Both the position numbers and the translations under genes were made by a program. The notes beneath the pieces were generated by a model. The model made no database searches. It worked only from the letters and a program-made list of their open reading frames with translations, and was not told the DNA's origin. Of a DNA stretch of 64,000 bases, positions 19,685 through 28,988 are shown piece by piece. The stretch comes from Flavobacteriaceae bacterium. Lineage in GTDB: Bacteria > Bacteroidota > Bacteroidia > Flavobacteriales > Flavobacteriaceae. Within the stretch, counting starts at the first letter, position 1; each line of letters begins with the position of its first letter. The stretch is taken from the NCBI GenBank assembly GCA_002707745.1, contig PANU01000022.1:3920-67919 (forward strand). Direction: 5' to 3'.

Positions 19685-19768
19685 CTTTCTGGTAGTGATT
19701 ATCGTGTTACTTCGTCACTTTTAATTGTAAAGTTAATACAATTTTGCTTTAGTACTATAGTAGTAATC

Positions 19769-19901
19769 GGCAACGAGTTTGTATATGATACGTTGCGTGT
19801 GTTAGCACGAAAGTTAGCAAATAAAAACTATATGGAAAATCCGCGAGGATTTTCGTAAGTAAGCCAGCACTAGCAATGGATTATATACGGTGTTGGCAAT
19901 A
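19769..19901 (-). mobile_element. attC-like imperfect palindrome directly after the RES gene stop
   Basis: Minus strand TAA-CTAT-TGCCAAC ... GTTGCC; paired CAAC/GTTG, GTATA/TATAC and TTGC/GCAA; inner hairpin gaaaatcc-gcga-ggattttc (19835-19854). Confidence 0.65.
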
Positions 19902-19902
19902 G

Positions 19903-20943
19903 TTATTTTATTTTTCCGTGTGTTAATTTGATATTCTTAATTTCGTAAACATTGGTTTTAAAACATTCCAATTTTTCAGGATTAAAAATCGCAATGTTAT
20001 AACCTTCCGAATTCAATGAACTTTGATATTCCACACCATCAAACCCTAAAGATTTAATAAATTCCGATATATATTGAGTTGGAATATAATCTAAAATTTG
20101 GTCTCGTTTTCTAATAGGTAAGGATAGTTCCTTTTGAAGTGTTTGTATGAATGGAATATAAATTAAGTAATTTTCTATTTCTTCAATTTCAGACCAATAA
20201 ATTGGGTCGTCTTTCGGATTTCGAAGGTTTAATATTTTAATATCTTCTGTTAGTTTGAATTCACCAACAGTTACATAGTCAAATAAAGATGCTCTGGTCT
20301 CATACATTGACGTTTCAAGACTATCAGCTACATATAGGTATGAAATTCCTTTTGGGTTTGCTCTTCCGCTAGAAGCTAATTCAATTGGTGGGTTTCCCAT
20401 TTTTTCACAAGGGAAACCATTTATATCTGAAACTCTACATCTGAAAAAAATTCTGCCTTTTTTAATGTTTCTATAAAAACTCTCGTGTAGAAAAAAAGTC
20501 TCTAATTTTTTTAGGTCAATTGTGTTTTGAATATGGTAACGATTAACAAATTTTATTTCCTCTTTAAATTCATTCCATACATTATGTATATTATCAGCTT
20601 GAGTTTCAAGAAAAGGCCTACGTTTCAAGGAAACATTGCCATTGAAAATTGGTTCAAAATCTTCAATTTCATCTTCAAATATAGCTTTCAATAACTCTAT
20701 AGGACTTACAACAATTTCACTTATTACATTAAAATCTTCTTTTAATGATTCAGAAATTTGTGAAGTAGAATTTTCGTCTGGAACGTATAATGAAAGTATG
20801 TTTCTAAAAAAATCGGATAGTTCTCTTGCCGAATAAATAGAAGTGTTTGTAGTACTGCAAAAATCACAAGTACCAGTTCTATCGTCACCATTAATAATAC
20901 TAATTAGATATGAACTAGTAAAGCAATTAATACAACAGTTCAT
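19903..20943 (-). CDS. RES-domain protein with N-terminal Cys4 zinc-binding region
   Basis: CINC..CDFC; FRCR, GRANPKGISYLY, MYETRA, YIPTQYISEFIK, YQSS. Confidence 0.88.
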   Translation of the reverse strand: MNCCINCFTSSYLISIINGDDRTGTCDFCSTTNTSIYSARELSDFFRNILSLYVPDENSTSQISESLKEDFNVISEIVVSPIELLKAIFEDEIEDFEPIFNGNVSLKRRPFLETQADNIHNVWNEFKEEIKFVNRYHIQNTIDLKKLETFFLHESFYRNIKKGRIFFRCRVSDINGFPCEKMGNPPIELASSGRANPKGISYLYVADSLETSMYETRASLFDYVTVGEFKLTEDIKILNLRNPKDDPIYWSEIEEIENYLIYIPFIQTLQKELSLPIRKRDQILDYIPTQYISEFIKSLGFDGVEYQSSLNSEGYNIAIFNPEKLECFKTNVYEIKNIKLTHGKIK

Positions 20944-20945
20944 AG

Positions 20946-21881
20946 TTAAATATTGTTAATTACTAGTTCAATATGGTTCATTATTGATAGTTTTTTTAAA
21001 GTACCTAAACCTGGGAAATGACCTCTTTGTTGTAAATCTCTAAATACGTTTATAGCAGCAGTATTTAAATTATTCTGGTCGCACCAAATAACTAATTTAT
21101 TAATTGCTTCTGAAAATTTACCACCAATATCTGCTACATCTTCATTAGAGTCAGAAACGAAATGTTTTACTTTAATTTGTTCGTTTTCCAAATAACTCAA
21201 GTGAATAGCTACTGCTCTTGGTAAAAACCCTGATTCTGAATAATTATCGCCAATTGTTAAGAAATCAGAAAATCCAACAAAACCGTCTTGGATATAAAAC
21301 CTATATTCTTTTGAAAAATCACTTTCTTGGTTCAAATAGTCAGCATTTCTCGATTGCTCTTCGAAATAATCATCTAGACTGACAAGAGTGTTGGCATCGA
21401 ATTCACGATAATATCGACGACTAGTTTTTGAAAAATAAATAACATTATAAACAATGTTTAATTGATTATTTAATAACTCAATATTTTGACTGTTTATTTC
21501 TGTTTTGTGTATTAATGTGATTCCGTTATAATTTAAATCCAGAGCATTTACAAACTCAATTAATGTTTCAATGTTTCTTTCAGTTTTAGAGTCAATTATA
21601 ACACCTAGTTGGAAGTTGTTATATTCTGCTGGAATCGAAGAAGTAATTATTTCAATAATTCTTTCATATTGTCCTTCTAAATCTCCAACTCTTGGATTTA
21701 TTATTATGTTAAAATTTGCGTTCCTATTTACAAATTCGGTAAGAGTAGAATTTAAAGTACTTGAAGCTTTTACAGGTTCAATAACTGGGGAAATTTTATT
21801 TAATTCTTGCGGAAAAAGAGAACACAATTCTCTTAAGGCAATTAATTCAAATTGTTTGCCTCTTAAATATGGGAAATACAT
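20946..21881 (-). CDS. sce7725 family protein
   Basis: MYFPYLRGKQFELIALRE, PVIEPV, INPRVG, GFSDFLTIG, AVAIHL, HFPGLGTLKKLSIMNH. Confidence 0.88.
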   Translation of the reverse strand: MYFPYLRGKQFELIALRELCSLFPQELNKISPVIEPVKASSTLNSTLTEFVNRNANFNIIINPRVGDLEGQYERIIEIITSSIPAEYNNFQLGVIIDSKTERNIETLIEFVNALDLNYNGITLIHKTEINSQNIELLNNQLNIVYNVIYFSKTSRRYYREFDANTLVSLDDYFEEQSRNADYLNQESDFSKEYRFYIQDGFVGFSDFLTIGDNYSESGFLPRAVAIHLSYLENEQIKVKHFVSDSNEDVADIGGKFSEAINKLVIWCDQNNLNTAAINVFRDLQQRGHFPGLGTLKKLSIMNHIELVINNI

Positions 21882-22747
21882 ATTTTGCTGTTTTGATTAA
21901 GAAATGAGTTTAATTTTTCATACTCATTTTTAGAAAAATCCAACGAATAACAAATATGTTTTAGACTTTCTGGAATCGCTTTTTCTTGAATTTTTTTTGG
22001 ATTAGAAATATTTCTAGATTTGAGTTTGTTAACTACTAATTTTTGAAATAATGAAATTTCAATCTTTTTTGCTAGGGCTAAACACTCTTTGAAAATTCTT
22101 GTATTAGAAACTTCTGGTACAAAATTGTAGTATTCCTCAATTATCTCTAAATATTCCTGTTTTCTTAAGGTTTTAAAAAGTGTTTCGTAACTAAAATCAG
22201 CCTCATTATTTTTGGCTTCTTTAATCGTTTTCAAAGCGTTTCTTGATGTCAATTCAATAATTCCAATTGTTGAACTATCATAAAGTTCAATTAATTTATT
22301 TACGTGTTTTGAACTAGTTACTATATAAACTTTGTCTGCAAATTTGCAGTAATCTAGTACTTGTTTGTCTAATTTTTCAAGATTATCAAGTTCTGTTTTT
22401 ATTTCATAAACTCTTGCTTCTCCGTTCAATAAAACAAAGTCAGCAATTGACTTTCCTATATTGAATTCGTTTAATGCTATTGTGTTTTTTAAACTATACT
22501 TTTTTAGAAGAAGTTTGTTTGTAAGTATATTTTTATAAACATACTCATTCTTATAATTTTTTAAAAGAGAGTTGTATATAACATTTATTGCATCTAAATT
22601 GGTTGTGGAATCTGTAACTGTTGTGTATTTTTTTATTTTGTAAAATGTTGAGTAATATTCATCTTCTCGCACAATCTTTTTAAAATTAGATGGCGAAATT
22701 ATTTGTGATAAACTACGTATTTTACTTATATCAGTTACTATTTCCAT
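21863..22747 (-). CDS. sce7726 family protein (PD-(D/E)xK-like motif)
   Basis: YKNEYVYKN, EFNIGKSIADFVLLNG, YEIKTELD, QVLDY, LRKQEY. Confidence 0.86.
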   Translation of the reverse strand: MEIVTDISKIRSLSQIISPSNFKKIVREDEYYSTFYKIKKYTTVTDSTTNLDAINVIYNSLLKNYKNEYVYKNILTNKLLLKKYSLKNTIALNEFNIGKSIADFVLLNGEARVYEIKTELDNLEKLDKQVLDYCKFADKVYIVTSSKHVNKLIELYDSSTIGIIELTSRNALKTIKEAKNNEADFSYETLFKTLRKQEYLEIIEEYYNFVPEVSNTRIFKECLALAKKIEISLFQKLVVNKLKSRNISNPKKIQEKAIPESLKHICYSLDFSKNEYEKLNSFLNQNSKICISHI

Positions 22748-23250
22748 TTAAAAGCAAAGTTACAAAATTTTAATTATCGTTTTCCGCTTAATTCCGATTG
22801 TTGTATTCGAGTCAGTCATAATTATTGCCAACATTGTTATATAAAGCAACATATAATGTATATCCGGAAATTAGGACCGGATAGCAATGCTTTTCTGTGG
22901 TTACTATCCAGCAATCAAAATTACCTACCTCTCAAAAATACAAAAACTACCCTACCTCTCATCTCATTTCAAATTTTTAAATAAACCAGTACGTATAGTT
23001 CAAAATTAATAAGGGTTCGAACTTCTAACACAAGGAAACCGATAGCTATTTTTTCTTTCAGCGTAGCAATAATTCCTCTTTCTTCTGGCAAAAATTTTTA
23101 TGACATTAAAATTAAATTTTGTAAAAAAAGGGGGTGTGTTTATAAAAAGCATCATTTATTAATAAGTTAACACTAAAAAATAGGGGGTGTATTGTGTAAA
23201 AGATTATTTTTGTGCCATTGTTAACTAAAACACTTAAAAAGAACAATACC

Positions 23251-25437
23251 ATGTCCACCTTAAGATTTCATGCCATAAAAGAGACGTTTAACCGTCCAGT
23301 AATTGATGTTAAAGAAGCAGAACGTCGTTCGGCTGTATTTGGCAGTAATGTTTTTAACGAAGCGGCAATGCGTCAATACCTGACCAAAGATTCGTATAAA
23401 AGCGTAAAAGATGCTATTGTAAATGGTTCAAAAATTGAACGTAATGTTGCCGATCACATTTCAACAGGAATGAAAGAATGGGCTATCAGCAAAGGTGCCA
23501 CGCACTATACACACTGGTTTCAGCCCTTAACAGGTACTACTGCCGAAAAGCACGATGCCTTTTTTGAAACCACGGACGATGGTGGAGCCATTGAAAAATT
23601 TGGTGGCGGACAATTGGTACAACAAGAACCAGATGCATCCAGTTTCCCTAACGGTGGTATTAGAAATACCTTTGAAGCGCGCGGTTACACCGCCTGGGAT
23701 CCAACTTCTCCAGCATTTATATATGGTACAACCTTATGTATCCCTACAGTTTTTGTCGCCTACACCGGAGAAGCGTTAGATAATAAAACCCCATTGCTAA
23801 GAGCTTTACAGTCTATTGACCAGGCAGCAACAGCAGTGGCAAAATATTTCGATAAAAGCGTAACAAAAGTAAATCCAACCCTAGGGTGGGAGCAAGAATA
23901 TTTTTTAATTGACAAAGCATTAGCTGCATCTCGCCCGGATATTAGTATGGCTGGAAGAACCTTGCTGGGACATACTTCTGCAAAGGGTCAACAATTAGAT
24001 GATCATTATTTTGGGTCTATCACCAGACGTGTACTAGATTATATGCGCGATCTGGAAAACGAATGTATGTTGTTGGGGATTCCGGTAAAAACGCGTCACA
24101 ACGAGGTGGCGCCTAACCAATTTGAATTGGCCCCTATTTTTGAAGAAACCAACCTGGCAGTAGACCACAACTCTTTATTAATGGATGTGATGGCAAAAGT
24201 AGCAGACCGTCATGAGTTTAAAGTTCTCTTTCACGAAAAGCCATTTGCCGGAGTTAATGGAAGCGGAAAACACAACAACTGGTCTCTGGCAACAAATACA
24301 GGTGTTAATTTGCTTGGGCCTAGCAGTACACCTATGAAAAACCTTCAGTTTTTAACGTTTTTCATCAACACTATTAAAGCGGTAAACGATTATGAAGAAT
24401 TGCTAAGAGCTTCCATTGCCAGTGCAAGTAACGACCATAGACTGGGAGCTAACGAAGCCCCGCCAGCAATTATTTCAGTATTTATTGGATCGCAGCTTAC
24501 TACAGTGTTGGATCAATTAGAAAAACTAAAGAACGGGAAACTATCTCCAGAAGATAAAACCGACCTTAAACTAAATGTAGTAGGGAAAATTCCTGAAATT
24601 TTATTGGATAATACAGACCGTAACCGTACGTCACCTTTTGCCTTTACCGGCAATAAGTTTGAATTTAGAGCGGTAGGTTCTACGGCAAACTGTGCAAAAC
24701 CTATGACTGTCTTAAATGCTATTGTTGCCAAGCAATTAATAGATTTTAAAACGGAAGTAGACAAATTGATCAAAGGCAAGAAGATGAAGAAGGATGACGC
24801 TATCTTTAATGTATTAAAAGGATACATTAAGGACTCTAAACGAATTCGTTTTGAAGGTGATGGCTATGGTGAAGCATGGGAAAAAGAAGCAAAAAAGCGT
24901 AAGTTAAGTAACAACAAAACTACGCCTCAAGCTTTAAAAGCACAAATTTCTAAAAGTACCATTTCACTGTATGAAGATCTTGGTATTATGAGTAAAGTAG
25001 AAATTGAAGCCCGTCATGAGATTGAAGTTGAAGAATATGCCATGCGCATCCAAATTGAAGGACGTATACTGGGAGATATTGCCCGTAACCACGTCATTCC
25101 AACGGGTATTCGATATCAAAATCTTTTAATTGAAAATGTACAGGGGTTAAAAGATATTTACGGGAACACCTTTAAAAAGCATGCCACCGAACAAATGGAG
25201 CTTATTGAGGCTATTAGTGGTCATATTGCAAAAATAAATAAAGGTATAACCGATATGATTAATGAACGGAAAAAAGCGAATACCATCGAAGATGCCGAAA
25301 AAAGAGCTTTTGCTTATTGTGATAAAGTGAAACCTTATTTTGAAGAAATTCGTTACCACTGTGATAAATTGGAACTGTTGGTAGATGATGAAATATGGCC
25401 ATTGACAAAGTATCGTGAATTGTTGTTTACCCGATAA
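23251..25437 (+). CDS. Glutamine synthetase type III
   Basis: THYTHWFQP, EPDASSFP, EQEYF, HNEVAPNQFE, NGSGKHNNWS, DRNRTSPFAFTGNKFEFR; ATG at 23251 preferred. Confidence 0.96.
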   Translation: MSTLRFHAIKETFNRPVIDVKEAERRSAVFGSNVFNEAAMRQYLTKDSYKSVKDAIVNGSKIERNVADHISTGMKEWAISKGATHYTHWFQPLTGTTAEKHDAFFETTDDGGAIEKFGGGQLVQQEPDASSFPNGGIRNTFEARGYTAWDPTSPAFIYGTTLCIPTVFVAYTGEALDNKTPLLRALQSIDQAATAVAKYFDKSVTKVNPTLGWEQEYFLIDKALAASRPDISMAGRTLLGHTSAKGQQLDDHYFGSITRRVLDYMRDLENECMLLGIPVKTRHNEVAPNQFELAPIFEETNLAVDHNSLLMDVMAKVADRHEFKVLFHEKPFAGVNGSGKHNNWSLATNTGVNLLGPSSTPMKNLQFLTFFINTIKAVNDYEELLRASIASASNDHRLGANEAPPAIISVFIGSQLTTVLDQLEKLKNGKLSPEDKTDLKLNVVGKIPEILLDNTDRNRTSPFAFTGNKFEFRAVGSTANCAKPMTVLNAIVAKQLIDFKTEVDKLIKGKKMKKDDAIFNVLKGYIKDSKRIRFEGDGYGEAWEKEAKKRKLSNNKTTPQALKAQISKSTISLYEDLGIMSKVEIEARHEIEVEEYAMRIQIEGRILGDIARNHVIPTGIRYQNLLIENVQGLKDIYGNTFKKHATEQMELIEAISGHIAKINKGITDMINERKKANTIEDAEKRAFAYCDKVKPYFEEIRYHCDKLELLVDDEIWPLTKYRELLFTR

Positions 25438-25462
25438 TAATACTATACTATCTATTACTAGT

Positions 25463-25491
25463 AAAAATGCCTCCAAAATGGAGGCATTTTT
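25463..25491 (+). terminator. Intrinsic terminator after GS-III
   Basis: AAAAATGCCTCCA-AAA-TGGAGGCATTTTT. Confidence 0.85.
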
Positions 25492-26172
25492 AATTTAAGG
25501 AATGAAGTGCCTTTGCAGCCGTGCTTAGTTTGTTTCAGGGTTGTTATTTTTAAAAAGGGGAGATGCCTTTTTAAATCCCAGTTCGGGTACCCTAAACGGA
25601 ATAATTTTTTGAAATTACATCTATTGGTGTTTAAAACACTAACATTTATAGATGGGTTTCTTAGAATTTTGGTTTAAATAAGTTTTTATTCATTAGTATT
25701 TCTATAAGATTCAAAAAATATACGTGCAAACACTTAGTAATTAATCGGTTAAAAACCTCTCTTTATCGAACAGAAAGTTCATTTATAAAAATTAACATTT
25801 TTTTAACATTTTGCCATACGTTAAATTTAAGTGTATTGTGTCGATGATAATCTCTAGTCAACAGACTTTCAACAATTTATTAACAGTATTTTTCCTACAT
25901 TATTTAAAATCAACAGGTTGAAATTCTTTACCTGTTTTTTTTTATCAAAATTCCTTCAGATATTTGAATTGTTGCAAGAAGTAAAATTTTCCTCACTTAT
26001 ATATCTTGCTCCATCAAATTGCCCCAAACCTCAATTTGATACTTATCCTCAACAGAGTAAAATATCCCCTATTTAAAGTTAATTAATCCATGCTATTGTG
26101 TTTACTATAAACACATGGTTTTTATAAATAATAATTTTTAACCTTTAATTTTTAACCTTTAATTTTTTAACT

Positions 26173-27189
26173 ATGAAAAAAGTAATTTTAAGCGCAACAT
26201 TCCTTTTAGCAGGAGCAGTTGTATTCGCACAAACAGACAACACGAGTAGCGTTGATCAAAATGGTACTCAAAACAACGCCGTTGTAAACCAGGAAGGAGA
26301 TAACGCATCTACCATTGTACAAATGGGATCGGTTAACGCAAACAGTGGTTTGTTAAATGACGCTCGTGTAACGCAGGAGGGTGATGATAACACCTCTAAT
26401 GTAGCTCAGGACGGTGACCGTAATGAGGCTATTGTTAGACAAAACAGAGCCACCGGAAACGGTGATGTTGAGGATAACACGGCAAGAATCATCCAGGGTA
26501 ACAATGGTAACGCAGAACGTAATTATGCACGTACGTTACAATCTGGAGACAATAACGACTCTCGCCAGGAACAACTTTGGGACAACAACGATGCTTGGGT
26601 TGACCAGTCTGGAGATGATAACGTAGCTCGCCAATTACAAGTTGCCGGACCACCAAACAATAGTCCTGGTAATGATGCCCGTATCACACAATCTGGTGAT
26701 GATAACAGAGGTGACCAAAAGCAATACGGTACGCGTAACGATGCCCGTATCACGCAATCTGGTGAAGGAAACGATGCTTTCCAGATTCAGGGTGGTTTAG
26801 GTGCTGGTTCTATTGTTGACAGAAACATGGCAGTGGCTGTGCAGAGTGGAGATGACAACTACTCTTTAGAAGATCAGTCTGGGGATCGGAATGACTCTAG
26901 AGTAGACCAATCTGGAGATGATAACCAATCTAGAACATACCAAATGGGAGATTTAAACACGTCTCGTGTAGATCAGTCTGGTAACGATAACAGATCTAGA
27001 GTGACGCAGACTTCAGATAGAAACACTTCTAGAGTAACACAATCTGGAGATGACAACCGATCTACTGTATTACAACAAGGAGGTATCTTGAACGATTCTC
27101 GTGTAACACAATTAGGTGGTGACGACGTAAGTACTGTGACTCAAACTGGAATGGGGAACACTTCTAGAGTGACTCAGGACAACCTGTAA
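26173..27189 (+). CDS. Curlin repeat protein (CsgA-like major subunit)
   Basis: Sec signal followed by about 25 eleven-residue Q-x-G-x-x-N strands; first gene of a csg cluster. Confidence 0.88.
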   Translation: MKKVILSATFLLAGAVVFAQTDNTSSVDQNGTQNNAVVNQEGDNASTIVQMGSVNANSGLLNDARVTQEGDDNTSNVAQDGDRNEAIVRQNRATGNGDVEDNTARIIQGNNGNAERNYARTLQSGDNNDSRQEQLWDNNDAWVDQSGDDNVARQLQVAGPPNNSPGNDARITQSGDDNRGDQKQYGTRNDARITQSGEGNDAFQIQGGLGAGSIVDRNMAVAVQSGDDNYSLEDQSGDRNDSRVDQSGDDNQSRTYQMGDLNTSRVDQSGNDNRSRVTQTSDRNTSRVTQSGDDNRSTVLQQGGILNDSRVTQLGGDDVSTVTQTGMGNTSRVTQDNL

Positions 27190-27292
27190 TAGTCTGAAAA
27201 TAAAGAAATATATTTTCCATATTTCTTTATTGTAAATAATTAGGGGTATATTTAGCAATAAATGTACCCCTTTTTCTAATAAAATTGAAGTT

Positions 27293-27817
27293 ATGAAATT
27301 AAATAAAAAATTAGCTGCGATCACTATATTTTGTGGCATGCTAAGTGGTATTTCGGTACATGCGCAGTTGGATGATAGACCAGAGTATGACGAAAACTTC
27401 ACTAGTTTGCAACAATCGAAGGTTTTTTTGACCAGTATGATGACTAATGAAAATAATACAGTGAAAAATAATTCGATGTCCAATGAGGTTTTTATCAACC
27501 AGATTGGTAATTACAATAACGTGGCCACGAACACAAAAACAGAAACCAGTACGATCAATATTCAGCAAAGAGGAAATTCGAACGAAGTAGATGTAAATAT
27601 CCGTGCTACAAATTATTTTGCTAACATTGTGCAAGAAGGAGAAAGGAATAAACTTAGGGATATGGTAAACAACTCCAAAGAGGAAGCTTCCCTGAACATA
27701 ACACAAGAAGGAAGAAATTTGAATTTCCAGAGGTATGGCACTAATTCCATAACCGAAAAACTTCAGTTTAAAATGTCTGGCTCAAACAAAACCTTAATTA
27801 TAAAAAGTATTAAATAA
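27293..27817 (+). CDS. Minor curlin (CsgB-like)
   Basis: Signal peptide; NQIGNYN, QQRGNSN, VQEGERN and TQEGRN repeats. Confidence 0.75.
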   Translation: MKLNKKLAAITIFCGMLSGISVHAQLDDRPEYDENFTSLQQSKVFLTSMMTNENNTVKNNSMSNEVFINQIGNYNNVATNTKTETSTINIQQRGNSNEVDVNIRATNYFANIVQEGERNKLRDMVNNSKEEASLNITQEGRNLNFQRYGTNSITEKLQFKMSGSNKTLIIKSIK

Positions 27818-27818
27818 A

Positions 27819-28253
27819 ATGAATGTAATTGGTAAGATAATGCTGTTGGTTTCTATGCTTATTACCACTTTTTTTTATGCCCAAAACATGAACAAGGAAG
27901 TAGGGGCAAAGATTAATCTGGAAAGTAATACAAGTTCTGACCTGCTCACAATTACAGGTACAGCCACCAATATCACCGATATTAATATGTCTCTAGAATA
28001 TGAACTCTCGGTTATTTCCAATAGTAATGGGAACAATTCTAAAAATGGACAATCCGGTAGGTTCACCTTAGAACCTCGCGGGACAAAATCTCTTTCTACA
28101 ACAACGATCAACTTTGATGATACAAGTGATTTAATTATATTGCTTTTAATTTATGATAAAAATGGTAAACCTATAGCCAAAGATAGAGTTGAGTTTGTTG
28201 AAGGAAAGGTAGTTGGTGAAATTGAAAAAAAAGAAAAAAAAAAGTTAGGATAG
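27819..28253 (+). CDS. CsgH-like secreted domain; probable N-terminal part of a CsgH-CsgE fusion
   Basis: Signal peptide, YELSVI..NNSKNGQSGRFTLEP, LLLIYD..KDR; ends at an A8-G-A10 tract. Confidence 0.7.
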   Translation: MNVIGKIMLLVSMLITTFFYAQNMNKEVGAKINLESNTSSDLLTITGTATNITDINMSLEYELSVISNSNGNNSKNGQSGRFTLEPRGTKSLSTTTINFDDTSDLIILLLIYDKNGKPIAKDRVEFVEGKVVGEIEKKEKKKLG

Positions 28254-28558
28254 AAGGTCGAGGTCTGGTTGTGGATCATGTTAAAACCAAATTTGGAAAG
28301 GATTTTTATGATCTGTTTTTTCAACAATACTATCATTTTAGGATAAACGGTACTAGACCAGTTATTATAGAAGAAAATTTTTCCTATGGGAGGTCTACAC
28401 AGATAAAAGTGATCATTAATAATAAAATTATACATCAATATTTTTCTAGGCCTGGAAAAGAATTTAATACAGAAATGGTACGACAGAGTTTGTATAAAGT
28501 GGTTAGGTTCTTTCAGCAAGAAGAAAAAAACAGGGAACAGTCACAGAAGTATCAATAA
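28244..28558 (+). CDS. csgE: CsgE curli assembly domain (in the -1 frame relative to the upstream ORF)
   Basis: VRIEGRGLVVDHVKTKFGKDFYDLF..IIEE..GRSTQI; homology begins before the GTG at 28271. Confidence 0.75.
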   Translation, partial: VRIEGRGLVVDHVKTKFGKDFYDLFFQQYYHFRINGTRPVIIEENFSYGRSTQIKVIINNKIIHQYFSRPGKEFNTEMVRQSLYKVVRFFQQEEKNREQSQKYQ

Positions 28559-28566
28559 AACATAGC

Positions 28567-28977
28567 ATGATTCAGTTGAAATATTTATTATTTATTTTTC
28601 TTTTAAGCGGCACCGCTCAAGTGTTTTCACAGCAATTAGTGTACACACCTAAAAATCCTGCTTTTGGCGGAGACTCGTTTAATTATACCTGGTTGCTTAA
28701 TTCAGCCAATGCCCAAAACGGTTTTACAGATCCAGATAACGATGATTTTGGAGACCAAACCGAATTGGAAAGATTTGCCGAAGACCTTAACTCAAGTATT
28801 TTAGGGCAAGTAAGTAGATCTTTGTTTTTGAGCGAATTTGGAGATGAAGGCTTACAACCCGGTACGTTTACTTTTGGTAGTCTCGCCATAGATATTTTTG
28901 AAACAGGACAAGGTCTTGTAATTGATATCTTGGATACCAATACGGGAGAACAAACACAGGTTATTATTCCAAATTAA
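28567..28977 (+). CDS. csgF: Curli assembly protein CsgF
   Basis: QQLVYTPKNPAFGG..NYTWLLNSANAQN. Confidence 0.93.
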   Translation: MIQLKYLLFIFLLSGTAQVFSQQLVYTPKNPAFGGDSFNYTWLLNSANAQNGFTDPDNDDFGDQTELERFAEDLNSSILGQVSRSLFLSEFGDEGLQPGTFTFGSLAIDIFETGQGLVIDILDTNTGEQTQVIIPN

Positions 28978-28988
28978 TAATCTCCATA

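Noticed and set aside
18884-19768. T9SS gene as a second attC-type cassette
   Set aside because: An AAC overlaps its stop, but I see no downstream hairpin and no complement to the GTTGCCG start; unsupported
26173-27189. Nucleotide repeats in the curlin gene as a DNA repeat element
   Set aside because: Fully explained by protein-level curlin repeats
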